64,000 nt of DNA from Haliotis rubra (Eukaryota): contig NW_025766990.1 in the NCBI RefSeq assembly GCF_003918875.1, forward strand, positions 930,001 through 994,000. Direction: 5' to 3'. The number at the start of each line of letters is the position of its first letter. Positions within the stretch are counted from its first letter, which is position 1. Under the pieces are notes generated by a model. The model ran no database searches. It was not told the DNA's origin and worked only from the letters and a program-made list of their open reading frames with translations. A program made the translations under genes and the position numbers. Positions 14,181 through 25,852 of this stretch are shown piece by piece.

Positions 14181-15001
14181 AAACCTAACACTTATCTTCG
14201 ACGTAAATATGGCTATTTCTGTGTAATGTGCAAGCGAAACTACTTGTAAGGATTGGATATCTTAAATCTTTTAGGTGTATCCTCAGGCCGTCTATAGCTT
14301 GTTTTTGTACATATGAACCTGATGGTTAAATTGGCAAATGCAAGACAAGCTGATATCAGGTTTAAAAGTTGAAACAGTTAATTTGACGTGAGCTTTAGTG
14401 TGATGTTTGGCAGATATCGATTTCACAATGTATTTTGATATTTGTTTTTCAGTCAATGTGGGGTTTGTTTGACCCAGTGGTTGATGATTACCCTTCCCAT
14501 GGTGGCGGCATGGTGTTGATTACGAACATTCAAGACTCCATGATGGATAGGTTCAAACTTATCGCCTTCTCTATTCAGATGAGTGTATCATCTACATTTA
14601 AAAATACGAAGCTGACTAAGTTGAAAGTCCGGTGATCATATGGGATATGGGTTCAATTCTTGCCGCACAGTATTGGGGACAGTGCACAGGTGTTCATTAC
14701 GCATCTGCAACTCAAACAGTTGTCACTACGTATTCGTGCACATGAACTGGTTTTACAGAACAAGCGGCTATTACCGAACGAAAATTTCATTTCCGTATAT
14801 TTTTCTAAGATAGCTGATCCAGTTAGCTTTGTCTGTGCCTTGAGAGTTCCTCTTCCACCAAAATCATCGTTTAACTTAGAAAATATAACTGTAATCATGA
14901 AGAAAAGATAAGCAATAAAAATGACACATCTTACACTCGCAATGGGTATATGGGCCATGGGAGGCCATGATTTGATTGACTATGAATCGTCTCATTTTCT
15001 C

Positions 15002-15056
15002 CCAATCAGTTCACTCCGAGTGCTCAGTGAACAAGTTAGAAAAGCAGATATAAAAG
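15002..15056 (+). promoter_or_regulatory. Putative Pol II promoter (CCAAT + TATA) of the Schlafen-like gene
   Basis: CCAAT at 15002-15006 and TATAAAAG at 15049-15056, ~270 bp upstream of the proposed ATG at 15324. Confidence 0.45.
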
Positions 15057-15323
15057 GCAGTTGAGTGACACACCCGCCACACGATTACTGGATTGGTGAC
15101 AAAACGGCTTTGAATACATTCAGACATGTAGTGAGCCAGATCGATTCATACGTACGATTACAAAGCTCCAATCTGTTTCCCAATATAGATTTGCTATCTG
15201 TTACAACTTCTGTCCTATCAACAACGCCGTCATATGTGTCTCGTGAGGCAACTGTGAGACAATCTTTCCAACTGCACAATTTAACTGTATACATGCCAGT
15301 CGTCATGTAGGAGTGGTCGGGGT

Positions 15324-15351
15324 ATGGCCTGTCTTCTCAGTGACCGAACAG
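15324..15351 (+). CDS. Schlafen-like gene, proposed first coding exon (MACLLSDRT)
   Basis: ATG then 9 codons +1 nt, donor CAG|GTATGG; phase 1 matches the acceptor at 15860. Confidence 0.55.
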
Positions 15352-15859
15352 GTATGGCAGATATACGTTCATGTAAATGTTCAGCAAATAGTGAAATTTC
15401 ATGTCTGATTTATTCAAGCATGGGCATAAGAGAACTTATATTTATATGTATGAAAGGAAAATCAACAGAGAAAGGAAACCTTGCTTAAAAAAGACTGTGT
15501 TTGACTTATGTTTATAAAGGGAATCAATTCCATATTATTTTTAGTCTCCAGGACTCCAGTGTCTCCATGTTTTGTATCATATTTGATTACAACATGGGAT
15601 TAAGTGGTATCTCTTACCAAGTTAATGTACTTGATGTTAGTAGCTGGGTGACTGAAATGTTCAGTAGGACTGCGTTGTGATATCTCAGAGCTGTCACAAA
15701 ATTACTGACGTTCTAGTTAAGTGCGTATACACCCTTCCGGGTTTAGAAAACTACATCGTAAATTGAACTAATCATTCATAAAAAGGACTTGACAATTAAC
15801 TTCCTTAGCGTTAAGTATTATATTACAAGTGGTCGCTATATATCATTTGTGTGTTTCAG

Positions 15860-16917
15860 AGAAAGACAAGTGCATCTGTTGGACCGCTTATAAATCCTTT
15901 GAAAGATCGTGCACAGAACCTAATATCATTTTGTTCCATACAAAAGAATCAACTTTTACCGAAAAGGATAAATATAAGAAGCGTTTAGTACTTCGGGAGT
16001 TTGAAAAGCGTGTGTCTGCATTGCGCAATACCGAGGGTGGTATTTTGTTTATTCACATTACTGACCGAACAAATAACAATAGCAACCTATCAGAATTTGA
16101 CCAGTTTGTTGACAAAAGTTTGAAAAGTTTGATTGCTGATGGTTGTTCATTTGTGGAGTCCTACTCTCGAAAGTGGCTCAGTCTTCAACATAATATCCTG
16201 ATTTTAACGGTTGCCAAAGGATCGTGTGTCTCCTCTGTGAGTCTCAACACCAAGGTGTGCTCAGATCATGGAATTGAGTTTCCATCAACGTTTGAACTGA
16301 CCAGATTTGTTTCAAAAGGACAACTTGATGAGAGTGAAGCCACAGTGAGGCCAGAGCCTCGTCCTTTCCACCTGAAAAGCCAAGACTGGGTGGAAGACAG
16401 ACACATTCAACTTAAAGCCTTTTTTGAACCCACCTTTCGTACGTATTGTGAAGGACACAAACACAATCGGTCTGATAAGAACTTTGTTGACTACGTTTGG
16501 AATAACCTACGTTTTCGGGAATACCTATCAGGTATGTCCAAAGTGCCACGTGGTGGCTCATATTATGTTGGAATAGCTGAGTGGAAAAAACAAGTTGTCC
16601 CAGATGTTCATGGAATTCATTTGAAGGGTTCAAAGACGGACATCACAAAACTCTTCAAGCAGAAACTGACCACTGTTACTGTTTACAGTTTTGATGACAA
16701 ATTCAAAAGCGGACAAAAGGAGGAAAATATCATTGAAATCCAATTCCACAATCTGAAGACAGGAAATTCCGTTCTTGAACTTGCAGTTAAACATGTAAAG
16801 GGCATAGTTTTCTATGACAATGGTCCACTTGCATACAAAATAGATGATAAATCTAAAATTGTAAAAATTGCTAAAGATCAGTGGATGAACAAAGTGAGAT
16901 CCTGGAGGTTGAAATAG
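15860..16917 (+). CDS. Schlafen-family (AlbA_2) RNase-fold domain exon
   Basis: Acceptor TGTGTTTCAG|AG; both Schlafen lobe signatures, RVSALRNTEGGILFIHI and YLSGMSKVPRGGSYYVGIAE, plus EDRHIQLK and VLELAVKHVKGIVFYDNGPLAY; frame closes at TAG 16915-16917, phase-1 donor after 16921. Confidence 0.85.
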
Positions 16918-17700
16918 GCAGGTATATAACGAAGGTATTTGGTGGCTGTGGCAACTGCCTGCTGTGTTACTAGGTTCACCTTGACTTAGTTGCATTGTAT
17001 GGCATTTTGAACAGCTTCATAAACATTCCAGTTCTTTTATGGTGTAAAGTGATTGGATCCTGACTACAATGAGTGATTCAGATTCCTACCTGTCTTATCC
17101 ATCGGACGAAGAAGACATGCCTTGCTGTCCCTTTGACCTGGACCCCATGAGTTCAGAATCATCTGATGAAAGTCCCGGCGATGTGTCATTCAAAGGTAAA
17201 ACATTTCCCCATACTTCGTTTCTGGAAGCCTCAGCAATTATAACAAATCTTCTCGCATTTGCAGTGTGATACTATTACCGCAGGTTTTGCTGCTTACTGC
17301 AACCAGCTAAGGCAAAGCTACAGGTGAATGGTGGTACAGATAAATGAACTCAATGTCCCAAGCGGTAGGCAGATATTTTACCCTGATCGTGGTTCATCGT
17401 TGGCTGGAATCTCCTGATGTCAAGGACCTCTCGTAGTTTCCTTTGACGCCGGTTGTTGGTGAACAGGACTGTGGTACCTTCCCACATGATTGTATGGTCG
17501 TCGTTCTTAATTATGTGGTCGGAAATTGCGGAATTCTGGCCTAGTTGGCCTTTAGACCCTTTATTTGAATTTATTCAAATTTATGACAACTCATTAAAGA
17601 CTGGTGAATGTCGTGTTTGGCTACTGTCCTTAACTGACAGAACCATAAACCCGATAAAACAGTCAGCGTCAAGGTTTCAGTCCCATCTTAAATACCTGGG

Positions 17701-17799
17701 TGGGCACAATGTGTTAAGCCCATTTCTGGTGTCCCCCGCCGTGATATTGCTGGAATATTGCTAAAAGCGGCGTAAAACTAAACTCAGTTAGTCAGTCAG
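17701..17799 (+). mobile_element. SINE family A, 5'-truncated, intronic
   Basis: 3' part of family A; exact 12-bp TSD TAAATACCTGGG at 17689-17700 and 17800-17811. Confidence 0.9.
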
Positions 17800-18157
17800 T
17801 AAATACCTGGGCAATACATGTCTTCATTTCTTTGAGAAATATATACTCTTAGGAGGATGCTGATGTCGGGGTATCAGATTTTACTTTGCATTGAGCCGAT
17901 GGTTAGTGATGTCATATGCATGTCTACTATTTATACACTGAAGGCCAAATGACTCTGACAGCAGTGATAAGAACCCCACACATACTGTAGTTTAAATGCA
18001 GTCAGTTCCTGCTGGGGAAAACCTTTTTCCATGCTGAAGAACAACTGTATAAGAGACGGTTCTCCATTTTGCTTCGAGAAACATTAATATAAAATCATGT
18101 ACCTTCACGTGGATTGTTCTGGAGTCAACTTAAATCTTAAACAACAATTGTTTACAG

Positions 18158-18235
18158 ATCTAAAGGGGCAAGCGGATGCACATTTCGAAAATCCTGATAC
18201 GAGTTACTTGGATAAATTGCAGTCAAGACAAAGAG
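18158..18235 (+). CDS. Schlafen-like gene, 78-nt linker exon
   Basis: TTGTTTACAG|AT...AGAG|GTATTT, phase 1-1, open (DLKGQADAHFENPDTSYLDKLQSRQR). Confidence 0.6.
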
Positions 18236-18805
18236 GTATTTATTCTTTCACAACATTTGCGTTTACAGATATTTATTGATGGTATGTTTACATATTGGGG
18301 AAAATGTGACTCCTACAGAAACTGGAGTCGAACTGAATTCAATTATAATCTCCCTGAGAGAAGGATCATTAGTGATACTCACTGCAGTTGCCCAAAGGAA
18401 ACAGGCCGTGTTCCTCTGAGACATCGGCCTTTCTAACTGTAGGTTCGAATCTCTGCTCCTTGCACCTTATGGCCAAAGGCATCGATCCAATGACTAACGG
18501 ACCCCAAACGCTGCACTAGCGTAAGAAAATTACATTGACTGAGTAGCATTTGAACAAACCCATGAACATATAGTACTCGAAAAACTATGGAATTGGATGA
18601 GGTCACTGGTCAAGACGCGTCCAAGATATACATGATCTACACATGTCCTTTTAGAACATTTTGAAAACTTAAGGGCTTAAATGCAGTACCCCTGATCAGA
18701 CAACTTTTAAAGATCTATGCAGTGATACCCTCTGTAGAAGGAGGAGAGGTATAGACAGCAAAAGCTAGAACTAATAGTAAATATAATTATTTATTTTTTC
18801 TCCAG

Positions 18806-19463
18806 GTGCCTGTGTCTTTTTCCCACTGAAGCTGACAAACTACTTATCAGACAATCATCAGTGTATAATTGATGGTTTGGAGGATTTGGGTTATGACCAG
18901 TCTTTCGTGTACATCGGGAGGTCTCTTGTTGTCAGCCTGAACGTGGACAATGACAGAATCAAAGTACCCAAACAGCTTATATGCGATACCATCATATTTG
19001 CACACAACAGACCTGTTACTGTTCTCAGTTTTGTGAGAACGAATGACAAACCAGAGAAGTATGCCTTGTACAATTCACTTCTATCGAGGCACATTACAAA
19101 GATCATGCGGACATCACTGCAGGAAAATATCAGTGTCATAAGTGGAGTTGTTGAAGAGCAAGGTGAAATCAAGAAAAGAATTGAAGAGTTTGAAGACAGG
19201 GCAACATTGTTTAGCATAGCAGGATCCCACGAAATGAACGCATCACGGAGTAGAGCTGCAGCAAAATCAATCCTGCAGACAGCCGCTGAATGTAAAGCAG
19301 CATCTTTGATAGACACAGGACCTGAAAAGGAAGGCACTGTACGCACGTTGAGCGAACTGGAATTTAAACAGATGATCGATGTGATTGACGATGCAGGCGT
19401 TTGTTACCAGCCCTCCATCACCTTTCAGAACAACAGGGTGGCTCTAGAATCTACAGTCTTGAG
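18806..19463 (+). CDS. Schlafen-like gene, SWADL/SWAVDL-type middle-domain exon
   Basis: Strong acceptor TTTTTTCTCCAG; SFVYIGRSLVVSLNV...LICDTIIFAHNRPVTVLSFV parallels the SLFN motif LIFSRSWAVDL...VICDALLIA..SPPILYT; donor GAG|GTAAAA, phase 2. Confidence 0.75.
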
Positions 19464-19551
19464 GTAAAAAGGCAAACCAGTACAGTGCTAAACGTCTCAT
19501 AGGTTTCATAGGGTCACTATAAACACGCATCCCAAGTTCGTATTATTACCA

Positions 19552-19797
19552 TCCGTAAAGGTCCGGGTTAGAATATTGATCTACAGTAACCCACGCTTGT
19601 CGTAAGAGGCGACTAACGGGATCGGGTGGTCAGGCTCCCTGACTTGGTTGACTCATGTCATCGGTTCCCAATTGTGCAGATCGATACTCATGATGTTGAT
19701 CACTGGATTGTCTGGTCCAGACTCGATTATTTACAGACCGCCGCCATATAGTTGCAATATTGCTGAGTGCGAAGTAAAACTAAACTCACTCACCCAC
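19552..19797 (+). mobile_element. SINE family B, full length, intronic
   Basis: TCCGTAAAGGTCCGGGTTAG...CTTGTCGTAAGAGGCGACTAACGGG...CTCACTCAC; 13-bp TSD TCGTATT(AT/GC)TACC at 19538-19550 and 19798-19810. Confidence 0.9.
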
Positions 19798-19963
19798 TCG
19801 TATTGCTACCTAGCATTTAGTATCATAACCAGTCTTGAATGTGTTACAGTAAAACGTAATACCTGGTGTGCGCACAATGCACAACTCTAAACATCTGCTA
19901 CCCTATACAATTAATCCATGGAAGTAGGGATTGTATATTCGCATGACCTGGTTTCGTTTTCAG

Positions 19964-20067
19964 GAAACACTATCCAAAGTTGGATATTGGACCAGTCATT
20001 GTGTCAAGTCTTCCGGTAGCAGGTGACAAAGATTCGCTGAATAGTGAGAGAAGCGTGTCAGTTTCAG
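19964..20067 (+). CDS. Schlafen-like gene, downstream exon
   Basis: GTTTCGTTTTCAG|G...TCAG|GTAAGA; open in the phase (2) supplied by the previous exon. Confidence 0.6.
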
Positions 20068-20481
20068 GTAAGAATCAGTCTCCATCCTTTTAATCGATGT
20101 CTTGCATATGAGGACCACTCTGAAACAAGGAACAGTATCAGAGATGCATTGTGGAACCTGTTTTATTGATTAGGAATATTTATACATCGTATACACACGT
20201 GTTGACGAGGAAGGTTGTGCTTTCACCTCAGAAGGGAAATTTTGCCATCAGCTCAGCAAACGCAAAGGAGGTATGCACTCTTTCTTGAACATAGTTGTTT
20301 GGCTCTATGAACACGTGCCATGTAAACCATGTAAATCTATTTAGGATGTTAAATTGATAATCTGAGACAGTAAGATCCATTATCAGGAACCCTGTAAGTT
20401 TGAATAACAAGCTTATTAATATTTTCTTTCAATTGTAAGATCACGCTAATCGTATTTTACGTGTTTTGGTGTATTTTTCAG

Positions 20482-20616
20482 CTTCAGTTTCAGATTCCGA
20501 GTCAATCATTTTTAAAAATCAGGAAATGAGTCCATGCAATACGAACGCGCCAAACCCAAGAAAGGCTAAAGCGAGCTCAGTCAATGTTGGACAAAGTGAA
20601 CCCAAAATTGATGCAT
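20482..20616 (+). CDS. Schlafen-like gene, downstream low-complexity exon (3' end of gene unresolved)
   Basis: GTATTTTTCAG|CT...GCAT|GTAAGT, phase 1-1, open. Confidence 0.55.
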
Positions 20617-21389
20617 GTAAGTATCTTAACATACTAGCAGCGAACAGAAAATCATTTTTTATATCTGATAATGTAACTAAATGACATGTTTCCATGTCGA
20701 CTTTAAGGTAGACTTCCAGGTAATATGGAGATGATAAGAAGACGGCATGCTTATGACAGTTACGTTACGAGCCCAAATGCGCAAATGCGGTGCAGGAGCC
20801 AAGTACAAATGACACAAACTCAATGACGTGTATGCAGAGAGAACAACGGTGCATCACCGACCCACAGTCTGTCAAACGAACACGAAAGGCTTAAGAAATG
20901 GCGACTCTGCTGTCAAATCAAGGCATCAACCATTCCATGCCACACAGGCTCTAAGGGAGACATCAGGTGAATTTTGCAGGACAATGGTGTACTAAATCAG
21001 TGCGCTGTTGCAGAAAAGCCATCAAAACTCAAGAAGTTTGAAGACAGGGTTTATCCTGTTGGAAGGCATCAATCCTTGGCCATGACTTTTACGAAACGGT
21101 TCAGTGGATCTGATCCTTTCATCCCATATCTGTCAAATTACTCTTAACAACAACTAAATTGTTCCTCTAATGTGATTTTACCCCTTTCCAAATCACTACG
21201 GAATCGGTCTTCTCCATGACACACGCTTGAGTACAACGCTTCACAAGACGTGTGTAGGCGTGTTGATGTCTGTCAATACAGGGAATGTTAAATCTGGATT
21301 CGCTGTAAGAACAGTAGTCCTCCACCAGAACCGAAATTAACAGGACATGATTTCGGCACCAACTTTGACGATTTTCTTAACTATGTTGC

Positions 21390-22260
21390 GTCAGGATGGG
21401 TCGGTCATATCTTGTATTGATTGACCAAAGCAGTCTCTGGCTGAGACGGGGTGGATACGCTGACAGCCTGGAAGAGAGTGAGCAGTGGTGGCTGTAGACT
21501 CGAACCTGTGCCGGTCATCCGTATCTATCTTTCTTGTCTTGGCGTTGTGACACGGACACGGACGTCGTGCACTTCACCGAGCTACATGCGTTGACGTGAG
21601 TGGACAGTGGATTCGTGTTCGGGTTCACAGATGGAACCTGCGTGCCTGACATCTACGTGTTATCCCACGGACTATCACATTACTGCGAGCCGTTGTTTTC
21701 AAGAGGGATAGCGCTGGACTAATCGTGTTTGGGCAAACGTTATGTTTTCGGATGAACGAAGGTTTACTTTCGACTTTCTTTGACAAACGCAACATAGTGT
21801 AGTTTAGACGGAATTGGTGCTAACATTAAACAGAGCAGGGAAGTACTACCGTGACAACATCCTGGAGACATACGTTGTGTCATCTGCGCGACAGCATGGA
21901 CGTCGGTCTGTGTTTCATGATGGCAACGCAAACGCACACAGGTTCGTTACTAAGTACCTCCAATAGGGGAAATTAACTACCTTAATATGGCTAGCACTCA
22001 GTCCAGACTTATCCCCAATCGAACATATATGGAATATCTTTTGACGGCGCATACGTCACCGTCAGCCATCGCCGACAAATCTCAACGGAATTGGCGCTGC
22101 CCTGCGAAAGAATGGAATGGAATGAATCAATTTTAGGCTTTAAGCGCCCACGTCTTAAGGCGTCTTCAGGCGTCTCCCTCTGTCACTCACAGACTGAGGG
22201 AGAGGTTCCAGGCCACTGGTAGAGTACAGGACAGACCTTGCTCTCGAAGACCCAAAAAAC
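21390..22260. mobile_element. Scrambled, degraded Tc1/mariner fragments in both orientations
   Basis: Minus: RVTTPRQ; plus: WANVMFSDERRF, VFHDGNANAH, WLALSPDLSPIEHIW. Confidence 0.8.
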
Positions 22261-22487
22261 ATGGGCCTAGTTCGTGGGAAGTCTGTCTTCTACATGCACT
22301 AGGCCGTTGTGTTTGGGCGTTTGAATCAAACATGGCGCTGGTATGTCAGCACCCTTGCTTTTCGCTGTTTTTGACAATGTTTCATTTCACTCAAACTCAA
22401 CGAATATTGAATCATTTGCTTAGCTGCATGCTCCATACTTTTTGTTTGTAGTATGTTTGTCGGTCCTGTGCTGTATTACTTTACTCT

Positions 22488-22527
22488 TGCTTGACAACGG
22501 TATAAAAATCTATACCGAAACGTCGCA
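22488..22527 (+). ncRNA. Minimal type-I hammerhead ribozyme motif (U3-A8 variant) in a Penelope-like pLTR remnant
   Basis: TGC-TTGACAA-C-GGTATA-AAAATC-TATACC-GAAAC-GTC-GCA: stem I TGC/GCA, perfect 6-bp stem II, GAAA, palindromic ACGT, GUC site; AATAAA just downstream. Confidence 0.7.
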
Positions 22528-22584
22528 TCATCATATAATAAAGAAATTGTTATCCATAAAAGTATCGTACCATTCTCATTAAGG

Positions 22585-22840
22585 TATGCATGACCTTTAT
22601 GGTCGACCCTCTTTACCAACATGCTCGCCAGACCTCCACTCAATTGAGCATGCCTGGGATGAACTCGGTCGACGTGTGTACACACGTCACCCAGCACCAG
22701 TGGATTTCCCAGGACTCTGCAGAGCTCTAGTAGAGGAATGGAATGCGATTCCGCAAGCTTTCTTTGTGAACTTGATAAGGAGCATGAGAACAAGGTGCAC
22801 CTGTGTCTTGGACGCGCGAGGAGGATGCACAAAATATTGA
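22585..22840 (+). mobile_element. Tc1 transposase C-terminal fragment
   Basis: PTCSPDLHSIEHAWDELGRRV...LIRSMRTRCTCVLDARGGCTKY*. Confidence 0.9.
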
Positions 22841-23767
22841 ATGACCGTCATTTTCATTTTGGGGGGTAGTCAGTACAACTGATGTTTGCTGGTGCTGCTT
22901 GATTTATTTGTCTGTATGTCACGATGTGTCAGGTTTGTCACCACATTTTGATGACACTCTCAGTTCTATTATTTCCTAAAAACTGTTCTTTACATGTGCT
23001 ATATATCATTTGACCCTTTATTAACGACGTCTAGTTATACTACTGCTCCTACACATTTTAATTGCTATGATTGTATGAATTTATGTGTATGTTTAATGTA
23101 TGTGATATCACATGCCGTTTCTTTAATCATACTTATGTCTCTTGGTGTGAAGGCTTCAACTGCGATATGAGTAGCAGCCCTTCGTCTTATCCTGTGTCAA
23201 CAGAAATCTACCACTAGACAGCATAAAAGATACAAATCCACCAAGAACATCGATGTTAGAGGTCCTTTGGATACAAGAACCGCCGATGATGTTTACATTC
23301 CACTCAATGGGAATGACATTTGAAAACATTTTATACATGTAGCATCATGTTGATTCGTCTCAGTTTTCAAGAATGTAGTGATAGTACTCGAAACTTGTCA
23401 TGAGTTTTCACTTTGACTGGCGGTCAGAAGAATTTGAAGTATTAACAATCAAACTTAACACACACTTGAAAGACGTTTGAAAATATCAGGACAAGACTAG
23501 AATATATTAATAAAATACTTACAAACCTGCGAAAGGGAAGAATAACTTTGATAGGTAAATTTGTAACAATAATAAAGACCCTTGCTGGAAGTCATATATA
23601 GCCTGAACCGAACTTTCTTCAATTTTATATGGAATACAAAGGAGCTATAAGCCAACGATCTAACGTGATAAAGGAAAACAGAGAAGGTGGGCGTTGTTTA
23701 TATGAAAATATCAAACTTAAGATGCAGCCTTCGAAACCTAATATTGAAAGTCCAAAGAACTCAAATA

Positions 23768-24636
23768 TACTGAGCAGCAAAAGAAACGTCGTAATATTGG
23801 AAATGACATTTAAGTATCAATGGAGTAATGGAACCTATTTTTTATAAGATATGCACCCGAAGTCAGATTTCAGGAAACATAAATCATGGTCGTATAGCCT
23901 GTTTTGCCCAATAAAGTATTGTTTGAGATTGAGGTTAGAAATGTTTTTGTTTGTGGAAAGGGAAGAGTTAGCACAAACACAAAATTGATATTGAGATGCA
24001 CGTGCATCATGCATGCATTCAGGCATAAAATGCCGACTTGAATGGCAATCGTTCAATTGTTTTCTGAACACAGCAGCCATGGCTAGGTGAATGAGAGATC
24101 AACGACAACACGCCATTGGACGTCTAGACGCTGGTCAACGTGCTAGAGTCATTGCTAATGACTTCAACTGCAGCCTACAAACGATAGACCGTCTTAGAAA
24201 GCGATACAACGCCACCAACAACACTGATGACCTTCCATGTAGTGGTCAACCCCGTGTAGCAAGACGTCGCCAGGACCGTCATATCGTCAATCAACACCTG
24301 CAAGACCGATTCGCAGGGACCAAAGAAACAGCTCGGGTGACAACAGGAAACCACCAGCGATCGGTCAGTGACCGAACCATTCGGCGACGTCTCCAAGCCA
24401 GGAAGCTGTTTTGTCGACATCCTGCCAGGGGACCCATATTCACCCAACTTCACCGCCGGGAACGTCTCAAGTTGGCACAACAGCGGCAAAACTGAGACAA
24501 TGGAGAGGGGTTAACTTCTCTGATGAAAGTTGATACTGCATTTCAGTGGCGTATGTTTAATAAACATAGGTTCAACTACTCCATTGATACCTAAATTGGA
24601 TTTCCAATATTCCGACGTTTCTTTTGCCTTTCAGTA
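23768..24636 (+). mobile_element. Internally deleted Tc1 element with both TIRs
   Basis: ~70-bp imperfect TIRs (TACTGAG...AAAAGAAACGTCG.AATATTGGAAAT...TATCAATGGAGTA and its reverse at 24568-24636), TA flanks; N-terminal transposase ORF 24091..24495, broken after FSDES. Confidence 0.9.
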
Positions 24637-25400
24637 TATAAACATCCTCTAGTGGCTAACATTAATCAAATAAATAAAATCAGGTTGATAATCCTTACAG
24701 GAATAAAATAATTGATATTTGGAATATATCTTATAGAAAACACTATATCAACGCTAGACACATGTATGCTGTGTGAACTAATATGGCTTAATTCCGCAAC
24801 GGATGTCAGTTTATACAAAACTGGTACAACAAAGAGGTACAAATTATGATAAAAATACTTGTTGTTCTACCTGTTTCACTAGGGGGTTGAAATTAAAATG
24901 TTTAATTGTAACTGGAATAAGAGGTAACATCTTAGAAATGATTAGCTAACAAAAAGCTTTTGCTGGTTTTACGTTACGCTACTGAAAATTGATGACTTTG
25001 CAGCTGTATGTAATAAGTGGGAAATATGTGCAGACATTCCATTTAGTTGTATAAAAACAATTCCTTTAGTATATCACAGTGATTCATAAACACATGCTCT
25101 GTCATCGTATCGCATGGTGACAATCACTGGATTGTGTGGTTCACACCCGATTTGTTTACAAACACCATACAACTGTAATACTGCTGAAACAAATATCTGC
25201 TCATGATATAATCACAATTGTACAGTCGATTTCTTATGTATGTGGAAAGGGTTTTGTCTCTCCTACTTAGTATAGAAACTGTACAAAGGATGTGATGTTA
25301 CTGGAATTCCAATTCAAACCTTTTTACATTGGAATAACTTATGTAATAGAGACAATGTCTTTGGTATATTTCTTGGACGAGAACATGTTAAACACTCCTG

Positions 25401-25669
25401 GCCCCGATTTCTCTCGAAACAAACTTAAGTTTTACTCAAATTTCAAGCTGAGTTTGACAATTTGCAACAGTTGAATTTTTTGACTCAACTGCATTTTAAA
25501 ATAAAAAGCCCGAACAACTTAAGTAATCTACCCACCAAACTTAAAATTGTCTACTATGTTTGAGTTTAATATCAATTTCAGTTTATTCTAGGAAATGCAT
25601 TTTCTCAGATTTGAGAAAACTCAAACTTAAGTCAAAACTCAGACTTAAGTTTGTTTCGAAAATCGGGGC
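25401..25669. mobile_element. MITE with GCCCCGATTT...CGAAACAAACTTAAG TIRs
   Basis: Inverted termini of ~30 bp, flanked by CTG and CAG. Confidence 0.85.
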
Positions 25670-25852
25670 CAGGACTCAACCGGGTCCAATCACATCACAC
25701 TGGCCGCAAAGAGAGACATATTAATATTAGGTATAAGAAACAAATACCAACTTGTTGATATATACAAAGTAGAAAAACTAATTTTATAATGCTAATTTGA
25801 ATCCATATGTATAGAATGAAGAATTATACACGTGTTTGCTCTACCACCTACT

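Larger units (their letters stand above)
11625..14533. repeat. Segmental duplication block, copy B
   Basis: Colinear with 1944..5589; differs by copy-specific insertions and deletions. Confidence 0.85.

Noticed and set aside
15451-15480. IRF/ISRE-like GAAAGGAAA motifs in Schlafen intron 1
   Set aside because: Spacing differs from GAAANNGAAA and such purine runs are common in AT-rich DNA
17069-17269. Acidic 66-aa ORF inside the Schlafen intron
   Set aside because: No acceptor fitting the gene model; may be a DNA-transposon scrap but is too short to assign
16412-19346. Antisense ORFs opposite the Schlafen exons (likewise opposite the LINE and orphan genes)
   Set aside because: Shadow frames of real coding sequence with no motifs of their own
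23150-23325. Possible last exon of the Schlafen-like gene
   Set aside because: Two candidate frames and weak acceptors; cannot be fixed without transcripts
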